Shown here: positions 8,913-18,586 of the stretch, piece by piece
How positions within the stretch are numbered: position 1 is the stretch's first letter
How the letters are laid out: every line of letters starts with the position of its first letter
Assembly: GCA_030614255.1 (NCBI GenBank)
Contig: JAUWKI010000004.1
Span: 4 to 64,003, forward strand
From: Actinomycetes bacterium
GTDB lineage: Bacteria; Actinomycetota; Aquicultoria; UBA3085; Oleimmundimicrobiaceae
DNA: 64,000 nt
Direction: 5' to 3'
Notes under the pieces: model-generated
Database searches by the model: none
What the model saw: the letters and a program-made list of their open reading frames with translations, nothing else
What the model was told of the DNA's origin: nothing
Position numbers and translations under genes: made by a program

Positions 8913-11114
8913 TTAGAACATCGGTGGCATCTCCAAAGCTGGATGACTCACTTTCTGCATATGAGCTATAACCTCTTCTTCAGTAGTTGCCACGGTTTCA
9001 TCAGCTATCTTGTCAACAAAGTCAGAAACGCCCTCTTCTTCCGCACGTTTTTGAAGCTCTGAACGAAGAGTGTCTTTCAACTCTTTGGGCATCCAAACGA
9101 GTCTCTTTAAGCCACCATCGGCGGATATAAACTTCTTGCTGGTAATATACTGGCGACCTATACCGATGAATCCGGGTAGCTGAACACCGCCGCCGACCGT
9201 ACCGGCGAGGGTCGAAAATTTCATCCCGCAAGGAGTCATCTCGGGAAACTCCCTATTTACTATCATTACTCCGTTTGTCATCGGAAGAACCGCGACCACA
9301 CACTCAAAACAACCACACGAGGTCATCGGGTCTTCCATCATAGAATAGGCGTTAAAGCGCTCAAGAGACTGATTGGATTTTGCAAAGACAAACTCATTGA
9401 CATTTTTCCACTGGCCTTTGACCGCATCTATCGTATCGCCTTTTTTAACCGGCTGGTTAGGCCCCGTCGGATTGATTTCATAGGCTGCCTTGCCATCAAG
9501 CCAGTTATACGCCCCACAAAGACCCAGTCTCTCAGGCGTAATTATGCAGACGTGGTTCGGAGCAAAACTCTGACATAAGGTACAGGAATAAAAGGTATCA
9601 ACGTTTTCATCGGTCATACCGCGCACCCTTTCATCTCTGTGACGGTAGGTTTTTCTCGCTTCCTCCATCATCCGGTCAACCTTTTCAAGATCGGTGTAGA
9701 TTGTAACTTGAGCCTTATCCACAATTGCGGGGTAATCCGCGGCAAGTTTTGCGATAAGTATCTTTCCAAAGTGATGAAATTTAAAACCAGCATTCTTTGC
9801 CTTTTTGCTAACTCTTACCCATATGATGTTACGCTGACCCATATGAAATATTCCCTCAGCACCATTAATCATATGGTGAACTTGCCTCTCCAGAACCGAT
9901 TCAAAATCCTCTTGCATCTTTCTGCCAGCAACATCTATCACTACGCCGAGGGGAAGTCTTTCGCCTTCTTTGATATCATCTATATCTTTGCCAACTACCT
10001 CGATTTTGCCATTTTCCACCTCATCCATCTCTTTCATCCTCAAGAATTCGAAGGCGTGTGTCTTTGTTCCACCAAATTCTACGTAGGTATCTTCCCCTCT
10101 AATTCTCTCTCCTTCAAAAGCAGAGCCGTAGGCCACGGGTATATCAATCTTAGTAACCTGAACCTTAAGCCCTCTTACCTCAATTGCTCTTTCCACTAAT
10201 TTATCGTGGGGAATATTTGACACAACATGCTCGTAAGTACAGATTCCTGTTGGAAGAATCTGGGGAATATCAGTATCGGCAATGGTCGGAAAACCATAAT
10301 TTACAGCTCCCACCGCTTGAGCATATTTTTCATCTTCAACTTCGCCCAAAGCCAGAACGAAAGCAAAGATTCTGTTCTTGTTGTAGAGCAACACTTTCCT
10401 AAAATCTCCGGGCTTAACCCCACCGAAAGAAAGCGCAGCCCGAGTTGCAAAACCCGCGGAAAAAACGGTCGCGGTAATATCTTTGCCGAAGGGAACGAGG
10501 CGGGTTTCCCAACCCATCTGGATACCTTCTTCTTTGAGTTGCTCGGCCATGCTTTTTCCATCAGCCGAAGCCGACATGAAGACGTAAATATTTTTCTCCT
10601 GAAGCTCTCGAGCAATCTTTACCGCTATTTCATTTGTGGGAGCTGCTCCAACGCATGCGGCAAAACCGGGCGCTGAGCCATCAACAAATTCGATGCCTCT
10701 TTCTCTCATTATGACGTCATCGGCCGCACCCAACCAAAGATTATCATCAGTTGGTTCCGATGACATTGTATAAGGAGGGGACTCCACATACTTAATTGCC
10801 TCGATAATTTCATCCATAAAGAGCGTTGCCATACCGGCATCCAAAGCAGGAGCCAGATACGGCAGCCAGACTTTCTCCGATGGAACAGAAGGGAGCAAAC
10901 TCTTGGAATATGCCAAAACCTTCTCCATATCACCAAGAGTAGAAACTGCCATTCCGGTAATTCCATAAATTACAGGCAAATAATACCCCGTGTTTGGAAA
11001 CTCCACTTTTTTATCGGGTCCATGTTTCTTTAAAGCTTCTTTAAGATTTTCTTCCGCCCTCTTAGCTATCTTATGGGCGCCCCTTATGGCAGCCGAAGCG
11101 ATAATCTTAGACAA
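8913..11114 (-). CDS. acsB: Acetyl-CoA synthase (CODH/ACS A-cluster subunit)
   Basis: 733 aa. CGCFEC A-cluster motif, plus CTLCQSF and CGAYNW regions. Overlaps the cooS stop by 8 nt. Confidence 0.9.
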   Translation of the reverse strand: MSKIIASAAIRGAHKIAKRAEENLKEALKKHGPDKKVEFPNTGYYLPVIYGITGMAVSTLGDMEKVLAYSKSLLPSVPSEKVWLPYLAPALDAGMATLFMDEIIEAIKYVESPPYTMSSEPTDDNLWLGAADDVIMRERGIEFVDGSAPGFAACVGAAPTNEIAVKIARELQEKNIYVFMSASADGKSMAEQLKEEGIQMGWETRLVPFGKDITATVFSAGFATRAALSFGGVKPGDFRKVLLYNKNRIFAFVLALGEVEDEKYAQAVGAVNYGFPTIADTDIPQILPTGICTYEHVVSNIPHDKLVERAIEVRGLKVQVTKIDIPVAYGSAFEGERIRGEDTYVEFGGTKTHAFEFLRMKEMDEVENGKIEVVGKDIDDIKEGERLPLGVVIDVAGRKMQEDFESVLERQVHHMINGAEGIFHMGQRNIIWVRVSKKAKNAGFKFHHFGKILIAKLAADYPAIVDKAQVTIYTDLEKVDRMMEEARKTYRHRDERVRGMTDENVDTFYSCTLCQSFAPNHVCIITPERLGLCGAYNWLDGKAAYEINPTGPNQPVKKGDTIDAVKGQWKNVNEFVFAKSNQSLERFNAYSMMEDPMTSCGCFECVVAVLPMTNGVMIVNREFPEMTPCGMKFSTLAGTVGGGVQLPGFIGIGRQYITSKKFISADGGLKRLVWMPKELKDTLRSELQKRAEEEGVSDFVDKIADETVATTEEEVIAHMQKVSHPALEMPPMF

Positions 11115-13068
11115 TTTCCAAATCCCTCCTCATTTCCATATCGTAAAGCACTCTTTCTTTCTCGCGATCTATCCCTAAAGCTTTTCTCTTCTTATCTATA
11201 TTTTTAATTAATATCTTAGCCATCTCAACGGGATTGGGCTCGTAAAACCACTTGCCGCCCGTCGTCTCCTCAATCTCTTTAAAAAGATAATCGGACAACA
11301 CCTCGCTATTGGTTGTCGGAAAAGAGACACCAAAACCAACAGGAACTCCACTGGAAACAAAATACTGGCCAATGGCTACGGCTTTCTCGCTCATCCACTC
11401 GGGGGCGCAACCCGCGGCTGGAATTTCATCTAAGTCCTCACCAAGACCGCCCTCTTTAACTATCTCCGAAGCGGCCATGAGGATTCGGCTGTTGTCCACG
11501 CATGAACCGCAATGAAGCACGGGAGGAATACCTACTGCCTCGCAAACCTCTCGCAAACCGGCGCCCGCAAGCTCAGCGGCTTCGGGAATGAGCAATCCTT
11601 CTTTTGCGCAGCTTATCGCGGCGCACCCGGTCACCAGAACAAGCACGTTGTTTGCGATGAGCTCTTTAACCACCGTGGTATGCACGTAATCGTGTTTAAC
11701 CCGAGGGTTGTTACATCCCACAACACCAACAACACCCCTAATTCTGCCGTTAATTATATTATCGTTTAACGGCCTGTAAGAGGCGCGGAACCGTCCACCA
11801 AGCAAATACTTTATGGTCTCATGAGAAAAACCCGCAACAAGCTCGATTACTTCCTTGGGGATATCAACCTTGCCTCTCTTGGAATAATTTTTAATTGCTC
11901 GCCTGACAATGTCTTTTGCCACCTCCGGCGCCTTGTGATGATCAAATTCCATATGTGTGGCACCCAAAATTTTTCCCTTCGCCGAGGTAGTGATTACCTC
12001 AGTGTGATAACATTTAGCCACGGTGGGTAACGACTGCATGATGCATTGAACATCAACAACCATGGCATCGACCGCACCAGTACAGATAGCCAGCTCTTGT
12101 TGGAGAAAGTTACCGGCTACTGGAATACCTTTTCGCATCAAAAGCTCATTTGCCGTGCAACATATGCCGGCAATATTTATGCCCTTGGCGCCCGCCTTTT
12201 TAGCTTCTTTAATCAGCTCGGGGTCCCTCGCCGCCGCGACAATCATCTCAGAAAGTAACGGTTCATGACCGTGAACTATTAGATTAACTTGATTCTCCTT
12301 AAGAACTCCTAAGTTTACCTTTGACCTGACCGGAGTGGGAATACCAAAGAGGATATCCTGTAGTTCTGTCGCCATCATAGAACCGCCCCAACCATCGGCC
12401 AAAGAAGTTCGACAGCCATGAAGCAGGATGTTCTTATAATCCTGATCGACTCCCATGTGGGTTCGATGCATTGTTTCTACTATCTCGCGGTCCACCCCGC
12501 GAGGAGATATGCCTTCTCTTCTCCAGCGCTCCTGCCTCTTCTCCGGAGCTTGTTTTACAAGAGTTGTTTCACCTTGCTGCTTACCCATCTCGGCAAGAGC
12601 TTTCTCGCCCAGCTCCAGAGCTATCTGATTTTTATCCTTACCCTCTATATTGATATCAAAAACTTTAGCCAAAGCATGCAGCTTCGTCTCATTTTTTATC
12701 TCATAACCGGGTGCTTCACCCTTCGCCGTAGCGATAAAGGTAAATATAACCTCTCTTGCATGATCCGAATGCGCGGCCGCGCCGGCGGCTATCATTCGAG
12801 CAAAGTTTCTGGCCGCTACTGTAGAAGCGGTGGCACCGCAGACTCCCGTCCTCGTCTCGGTCACCCTACAAGGACCCATTGAACATATTTTGCAACACGT
12901 TCCGCCCGAGCCAAACGAACAGGACTTTAGAGAGGCAACTCTTTCAAAAGCAGTCTCTGCCCCATCCTTTTTGGCCTTATCTATCATTTTAGCACTTGCC
13001 GTACAGCTGGTTTGTGTGCTTGCCGCAGGGTAAAACTTGCTTTCTCCGTTTTTGCTTTGCTTTTTCAT
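11107..13068 (-). CDS. acsA: Ni-CO dehydrogenase catalytic subunit (CooS/AcsA)
   Basis: CCKICSMGPCR B/D-cluster motif, hybrid-cluster-like C-cluster ligands. 653 aa. Confidence 0.9.
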   Translation of the reverse strand: MKKQSKNGESKFYPAASTQTSCTASAKMIDKAKKDGAETAFERVASLKSCSFGSGGTCCKICSMGPCRVTETRTGVCGATASTVAARNFARMIAAGAAAHSDHAREVIFTFIATAKGEAPGYEIKNETKLHALAKVFDINIEGKDKNQIALELGEKALAEMGKQQGETTLVKQAPEKRQERWRREGISPRGVDREIVETMHRTHMGVDQDYKNILLHGCRTSLADGWGGSMMATELQDILFGIPTPVRSKVNLGVLKENQVNLIVHGHEPLLSEMIVAAARDPELIKEAKKAGAKGINIAGICCTANELLMRKGIPVAGNFLQQELAICTGAVDAMVVDVQCIMQSLPTVAKCYHTEVITTSAKGKILGATHMEFDHHKAPEVAKDIVRRAIKNYSKRGKVDIPKEVIELVAGFSHETIKYLLGGRFRASYRPLNDNIINGRIRGVVGVVGCNNPRVKHDYVHTTVVKELIANNVLVLVTGCAAISCAKEGLLIPEAAELAGAGLREVCEAVGIPPVLHCGSCVDNSRILMAASEIVKEGGLGEDLDEIPAAGCAPEWMSEKAVAIGQYFVSSGVPVGFGVSFPTTNSEVLSDYLFKEIEETTGGKWFYEPNPVEMAKILIKNIDKKRKALGIDREKERVLYDMEMRRDLEIV

Positions 13069-15614
13069 TTGTTGGCTCCTCCTTTTGAAATACTTACGGC
13101 AATGAGCCGGTGTTGCGGACTCTTTAATTTTGAATCTATGCTATCGCTTGCTAGAATACCCCGTTTATCGTGGCAACTGGGCATAAAAAACATCCCCTTG
13201 GGTAAGAAATCAAGTATCTTCGCCGAGGTTGTAACCTTGCCCCGTCTCGACTTAACCGTGACCTCGCAACCATCCTCGATTTTCAAAGACGTAGCATCCT
13301 CTGAGTTGAAAATGACATAATCTCCCGCATTCGGTTCAAGCCTGGATAGTTTGGAATTTTTTGTTCTAATCCCATCATAAAACCCAAATGTTGTTTCTCC
13401 AACAATTAAAGTATAAGGATATTTTTTATCGGGCTCTTCACCAGAAACCTTGGGTTCCACTAAGATAAAGCTATATGTATCTCTTTCGATTTTCTTTGGA
13501 ACGAAAACCAGAGACTTTATTTCCTTGGCAATCTCCTTTTCAGAAGAGTAGCCCATAGTATAATTCATTCTTTTAGACAAAGCGGTTACCGTCTTCCAAT
13601 CAGTTTCGGCCAAAGGTTCAATAACTGCCCTAACCTCTTTCGTTCGATATTCCATATTAACAATGGTTCCATTGCTCTCGGCTAAAGTTATCCCTGGCAA
13701 CACAACATCGGCCAACTTTGCGGTTTCCGTCAAAAAAGTATCTTGGGCCACCAGGAAGTCTAAGGATGAGAGCGACTTGGCCACACTGGAAGAGTTAGGA
13801 AATTGAGTAACCGGATCCGCTCCAACTATATACATCCCAAGAATAGATGAGCCCATTCCGTCCAACATTTCCTTAATAGAAAGTCCGGCCTTTTTAGGAA
13901 GTTTAACTCCCCAAGTCTTCTCAAAATCGTTCCTGGCTTCATCTATTTTTCTTACACCCGGATAAAATTCGGCCAAAGCTCCCATGTAAACCGTGCCCCG
14001 CAGATTAGAAGAGAGGAGGCACGGGAGAACGCTCGCTCTAGTTTTACCTGTTAAAAGAGAGATATTGGCAATCAATTCCATGGTTTGAGGGCTTACCGTC
14101 TCAGCCCCAAAGACTATAACCGTCTTTTTTCCTTCGCCATAGAGCTTTGCGGCTCTCTTTAAAACATCTTTAGAAATTCCCGACTCTTTTTCTACCATTT
14201 CCATCTTTAATTTACCAAGAGACTTCTTTAAATCCTCAAATTTCCCGCATTTCTTGGCAAATTCTTCATCGTAAACTTTACCGTCAAGTAACTCTTTCAA
14301 AAGCCCGCTTAAAATAAACTCGTCGGAGCCGGCCTTTGACTGAATATATATATCGGCTTTCTCGGAAATTTTTGTCCTTCCGGCATCTACAACTACCAGC
14401 TTTGCTCCGCTTGAAAGCGCTCTTTTTACGGCCACACCCACACGAGGATAGGCCACTGTAACATCCGCGTTCACGAGCAAGAGAGTATCGACTTCCTCAA
14501 TATCTTCCATTGAAACAACAGCTCCATCTCCCAGCGCTTCATATAAATCAATCAAAGCGGGGAAACCGAGAAGCCTGGCGGAGCTATCGATGTTGTTCGT
14601 CCCGATACCGGCCCTTAAAAACTTTTGGAATAAGTAAGCAACCTCGTTTGTATTCCCTGCGCCGATAAAGCCGCCAATGCTATTTGCCCCATGAGCTTTC
14701 TTTATATCAAGAAGACGCTCTGCCGCAAACTTAATGGCCTCTTCGTAAGTACTCTCAGTTAAAATTCCGTCCTTTTTAATCAAAGGTTTTATAATTCGCT
14801 TAGGGTTTTCCACAAAATCCCATCCAAATCTACCCTTTGCACAGAGAAAGTCTCCGGGGCTCTCGCCGGTTGTTCTCATAATCTGCCCATCCACGATGCC
14901 AAATACGAGGTCACAACCACAGCCACAATAGGAACAGACCGTTTTGGTCTCTTCCATCTCCCATTCTCGCCCACGAAAACGCCTGTCGACCTCGAGTAAC
15001 GCGCCAACGGGACAAACCGCAAGACAGCTTCCACAAAAATCACAGCCCGATTCCTGCAAGGGCTTATCCAACGGTGTTGCCACCTTGGTAATCATGCCTC
15101 GCTTTATAAAATCTATGATATCCGCCCCCTGCGTTTTGCAGATTCCCACACACCGTCCGCACAAAATACAGAGATTGTAATTCCTCTCTATAAAAGGATT
15201 GCTTTTATCTATCTCATAACCGGGATCTTTCATCGAGAAACTTGTTTTCTCAATGCCAAGCTCGTAAGCGTATTTCTGAAGCTCACAAGCACCGTTTTTA
15301 TCGCAACTCATACAATCGCCAGAGTGATTTGAAAGTATTAGCTCCAGAACAAAACGTCTCGCTTCCCGAACCTTTTCTGTATTGGTATTAATCACCATTC
15401 CATTCTTAACTTTTCGAGTACATGAGGCCACGAGCCCTTTTGCTCCCTCAACTTCGACTAAACAAACCCTACACGAGCCCGTGCTAGGCAGGCATTCACA
15501 GTAACAAAGATGGGGTATGTCAATCCCTGCCATCTTGGCCGCCTGAATAATAAGCGTTCCTTCGGAAACTTTTACTTCTTTTCCATTTATCGTTACGGTG
15601 ACTTGCTCACTCAA
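13065..15614 (-). CDS. NAD-dependent formate dehydrogenase alpha-like / NuoG-like molybdopterin-family protein with degenerate active site
   Basis: N-terminal 2Fe-2S domain. His-ligated [4Fe-4S] (HSGDCMSCDKNGAC). 2x[4Fe-4S] ferredoxin. MopB CSYCGCGC motif. Molybdopterin and dinucleotide-binding domains. The conserved VDCCARVUHGPS motif reads IDSSARLLGFPA, i.e. Sec/Cys to Leu and His to Gly. 4-nt overlap with cooS start. Confidence 0.75.
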   Translation of the reverse strand: MSEQVTVTINGKEVKVSEGTLIIQAAKMAGIDIPHLCYCECLPSTGSCRVCLVEVEGAKGLVASCTRKVKNGMVINTNTEKVREARRFVLELILSNHSGDCMSCDKNGACELQKYAYELGIEKTSFSMKDPGYEIDKSNPFIERNYNLCILCGRCVGICKTQGADIIDFIKRGMITKVATPLDKPLQESGCDFCGSCLAVCPVGALLEVDRRFRGREWEMEETKTVCSYCGCGCDLVFGIVDGQIMRTTGESPGDFLCAKGRFGWDFVENPKRIIKPLIKKDGILTESTYEEAIKFAAERLLDIKKAHGANSIGGFIGAGNTNEVAYLFQKFLRAGIGTNNIDSSARLLGFPALIDLYEALGDGAVVSMEDIEEVDTLLLVNADVTVAYPRVGVAVKRALSSGAKLVVVDAGRTKISEKADIYIQSKAGSDEFILSGLLKELLDGKVYDEEFAKKCGKFEDLKKSLGKLKMEMVEKESGISKDVLKRAAKLYGEGKKTVIVFGAETVSPQTMELIANISLLTGKTRASVLPCLLSSNLRGTVYMGALAEFYPGVRKIDEARNDFEKTWGVKLPKKAGLSIKEMLDGMGSSILGMYIVGADPVTQFPNSSSVAKSLSSLDFLVAQDTFLTETAKLADVVLPGITLAESNGTIVNMEYRTKEVRAVIEPLAETDWKTVTALSKRMNYTMGYSSEKEIAKEIKSLVFVPKKIERDTYSFILVEPKVSGEEPDKKYPYTLIVGETTFGFYDGIRTKNSKLSRLEPNAGDYVIFNSEDATSLKIEDGCEVTVKSRRGKVTTSAKILDFLPKGMFFMPSCHDKRGILASDSIDSKLKSPQHRLIAVSISKGGANK

Positions 15615-15631
15615 TTCCTCTCCTCCTTTGG

Positions 15632-16153
15632 CTATACAATTTCTATTGCACCAACTTCACAAACGGTTAAACATTGCCCGCACTTGGTGCATTTTTTATC
15701 TCTAACGTAATAGGGGTTATTGTCTGAAAGATAGGGAACCAGCTTCTCTCCCACAATTGCATCCTCGGGACAGACTTTTTTGCAAGCATCACACATCACA
15801 CATTTCTCCGGATCTATCCAGTAATTAATGAGAAGTTCACAGGAGTTATGAGAACAGTGACCATCTTTTATGTGCTCTTCATATTCATCTCTAGAAGAAG
15901 TCAAAGAGTCCTGTAAAAAATTTGCCGCGTCCTTGCCAAGCTTACATCGAGCGGTATCAATGATGTTGGAAGATGTTTTTTCTAGAACAACCATATCTCT
16001 CTCTTCACCCTCACTTTTTGTGATTCGTTCCAAGACATCGATTATCCGAGTTGTGCCAAGCATGCAAGGCAAACATTTGCCACACATCTTATCCTTGGCA
16101 AATCCCTTGAAAAATTCGAGCGTTATTAGAACGGAACAACCCTCGCTACTCAT
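15632..16153 (-). CDS. Small Fe-S protein: NuoF C-terminal-type [4Fe-4S] motif plus 2x[4Fe-4S] ferredoxin
   Basis: CGKCLPCMLGT (NADH_4Fe-4S-like) followed by CVMCDACKKVCP and CTKCGQCLTVCE. ATGA overlap with the nuoF-like gene. Confidence 0.55.
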   Translation of the reverse strand: MSSEGCSVLITLEFFKGFAKDKMCGKCLPCMLGTTRIIDVLERITKSEGEERDMVVLEKTSSNIIDTARCKLGKDAANFLQDSLTSSRDEYEEHIKDGHCSHNSCELLINYWIDPEKCVMCDACKKVCPEDAIVGEKLVPYLSDNNPYYVRDKKCTKCGQCLTVCEVGAIEIV

Positions 16154-18066
16154 GTGGCCACCCCCTGCTTGCCGGTAGGCAGGTTGGATGCAGTAGATGC
16201 GGTCTTTCGTTCAAATTCCCTGACGACACAACCGGTCGGGCACACACCAATACAAGCCCCGCATTTTTCGCAATATGACTCATCAATGTAGAATCTACTG
16301 CGCTCTTCCACAACTGCCTCATAAGAACACACTTCCTTACAAAGACCACAGAGAAGACATTCCTCCTCGATTATCCTATATCGACCGAGCGCGACGCACG
16401 CTCCGGCCGGACAATACTTATCCCTGATATGCGCCTCGTACTCATCTCTAAAATATCTGATGGTAGAGAGCACAGGGTTGGGCGCACTTTTGCCCAAACC
16501 ACAAAGGGCTGTTTCTTGAATATGTCTGCTAATACTTTCCAGGCGTTCAATATCTCCCTCTTCGCCCTTCCCCTCAACAATTCTCTCCAAAATCTTGAGC
16601 ATCTCATACGTCCCAATTCTGCAAGGCGGACACTTCCCGCAGGACTCCACCTGAGTGAAAGAGAGAAAATATCTGGAAATTTCTACCATGCAATCGGACT
16701 CATCCATCACGACAAGCCCTCCGGAACCCATCATGGCTCCAACCTCATTTAATGAATCAAAGTCAACGGGCAAATCCAGATATTCTTTTGGAATACAACC
16801 GCCACTAGGCCCTCCTATCTGAACAGCTTTAAACTCTTTGTCTCCTAAAATCCCACCGCCTATATCGTAGACAATTTCTCGAATGGTGATCCCCATCGGG
16901 ACTTCGATTAGCCCCGTGTTTTTAACCTTCCCGGTAAGAGCAAATATTTTTGTTCCCGGGGAGCTCTTCGTGCCAATGGAGGTATACCATTTAGCCCCCT
17001 TGACCAATATCGGAGGAATATTCGCAAGGGTCTCGACGTTATTTAAGACCGTCGGCTTACCCCAGAGACCCTTCTCCACCGAACGAGGAGGTGTCGTTCG
17101 AGGCATGCCCCTCTTGCCTTCAACAGAAAACATCAGCGCGGTGGATTCTCCACATATAAAAGCACCCGCTCCACGTTTTATTTCCAAATCGAAATCAAAA
17201 CCACTTCCGAGTATGTTCTCACCCAAAAGACCAAGTTCCCTTGCTTGGTTAATAGCTATCGTTAGATTCTTAACCGCCAAGGGATATTCTTGTCTTACAT
17301 ATATAAACCCCTCTTTGCAATTGCCCAGAGCATAGGCTCCTATTATCATGCCTTCGATGACAGAATGAGGGTCACCTTCCAAAACGCTTCTATCCATGAA
17401 AGCACCAGGGTCACCTTCGTCGCCGTTGCAAACGATGTACTTCACGTCGCTCTCTGTTTTTCGGCCTCCCTCCCACTTTCTTCCCGTCGGGAAACCCGCT
17501 CCACCTCGACCCCTCAGGTTGGATTTCTTAATCTTTTCTATAACTTCATCGGGAGCCATATCATTTAGCACCTTTGCCAGCGCTCCATAACCACCAACCG
17601 TGATATAATCATCCATACTGGTGGGATCAATATGGCCACAATTTCTTAAAACTATGCGCTGTTGTTTGCCGTAAAATAGAATTTCTTCCTCCTTAACAGC
17701 AAGTTCTCCGGTGATGGGGTCAACCACCTGTAGTCGGTCGATAACCTTGCCACGATTTACGGTGAGATCAATTATTTTTGCTGTATCGAACGGATCGACC
17801 TTTTGATAAAAGACATCCAACGGCTCTACGATTACAATGGGACCCTTCTCGCACAAACCCTGACAGCCCGTAGGCCTTATCTCAAAATCAATGCCTTGTT
17901 TTATAGCTTCCGCTTTAAAAGCTTCCACAACCTCTTGCGCACCGGAAGCGCGACACCCAGTCCCACTACAGACTCGAATTATTTTCTTTTTTTGTTTAGC
18001 CCGTTCACTACATATCTTCTCTCTTAAGACACCTAGCTCTTTAGTCTTTTTGAGTCTACTCATCAT
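16150..18066 (-). CDS. NuoF-like NAD(P)H-binding flavoprotein (HydB/HndC/FdhB type) with N-terminal thioredoxin-like 2Fe-2S domain and C-terminal ferredoxin domains
   Basis: GRGGAGFPTGRKWE FMN/NADH motif. ESCGKCPPCRIG [4Fe-4S]. Two C-terminal CxxCxxCxxxCP motifs. Confidence 0.85.
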   Translation of the reverse strand: MMSRLKKTKELGVLREKICSERAKQKKKIIRVCSGTGCRASGAQEVVEAFKAEAIKQGIDFEIRPTGCQGLCEKGPIVIVEPLDVFYQKVDPFDTAKIIDLTVNRGKVIDRLQVVDPITGELAVKEEEILFYGKQQRIVLRNCGHIDPTSMDDYITVGGYGALAKVLNDMAPDEVIEKIKKSNLRGRGGAGFPTGRKWEGGRKTESDVKYIVCNGDEGDPGAFMDRSVLEGDPHSVIEGMIIGAYALGNCKEGFIYVRQEYPLAVKNLTIAINQARELGLLGENILGSGFDFDLEIKRGAGAFICGESTALMFSVEGKRGMPRTTPPRSVEKGLWGKPTVLNNVETLANIPPILVKGAKWYTSIGTKSSPGTKIFALTGKVKNTGLIEVPMGITIREIVYDIGGGILGDKEFKAVQIGGPSGGCIPKEYLDLPVDFDSLNEVGAMMGSGGLVVMDESDCMVEISRYFLSFTQVESCGKCPPCRIGTYEMLKILERIVEGKGEEGDIERLESISRHIQETALCGLGKSAPNPVLSTIRYFRDEYEAHIRDKYCPAGACVALGRYRIIEEECLLCGLCKEVCSYEAVVEERSRFYIDESYCEKCGACIGVCPTGCVVREFERKTASTASNLPTGKQGVAT

Positions 18067-18571
18067 CCTCTTCCCCTTTATTTTTAAGGGTAGCGATTAT
18101 CTTTTTTGGATTTCTTTCCTTTGAAACATTCTCGTTTACCACCACAACGGGGGCAAGTGCGCAACACCCCACACAACTCACTGTTTCAAGCGTGAACTCA
18201 AAGTCATCGGTCGTTTCACCGGCTTCTATGCCAAGCTCTTCTTCCAGCCCATCAAGAATTACTTTTGAACCACGAACGTGACAGGCAGTACCCGTGCAAA
18301 CTTTAATTACGTTTTTGCCTCGAGGAGTGAAATAAAAGTGTGCATAAAATGAAGCGACTCCGTAAACATGGGCTAGGGGGAGATCAAGTTTCTCGGCAAT
18401 AATCCTGAATGCTTCTTCAGGCAAAAAACTAAATTCCTTTTGAATATCCTGAAGGGCGTGCACAAGCACTCCCCTTTTGCCCTCATGCTTTTCCAGCAAC
18501 TCAAAAATACGGTTGGCATCTATTTGAATCTTCGTCTCCTCTTTTTTTGTACCGCAAACGCAATTAGACAT
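18056..18571 (-). CDS. NuoE-like thioredoxin-fold [2Fe-2S] protein (HydC/HndA/FdhG type)
   Basis: CTGTACHVRGS ... SCVGCCALAP 2Fe-2S ligands. 171 aa. Confidence 0.85.
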   Translation of the reverse strand: MSNCVCGTKKEETKIQIDANRIFELLEKHEGKRGVLVHALQDIQKEFSFLPEEAFRIIAEKLDLPLAHVYGVASFYAHFYFTPRGKNVIKVCTGTACHVRGSKVILDGLEEELGIEAGETTDDFEFTLETVSCVGCCALAPVVVVNENVSKERNPKKIIATLKNKGEEDDE

Positions 18572-18586
18572 TACGCTTCCTCCAAA

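Noticed and set aside
9639-10199. Plus-strand 186-aa ORF inside acsB (and similar antisense ORFs at 19415-20059, 36236-36814, 49804-50373, 50042-50323)
   Set aside because: Entirely antisense to well-supported genes. Low-complexity or Cys/Pro/Arg-rich translations without motifs. These are typical shadow ORFs.
13065-15614. Selenocysteine (in-frame TGA) in the FdhA-like gene
   Set aside because: The ORF is continuous over 849 codons. The active-site position is encoded by CTT/CTC Leu codons, not near TGA.
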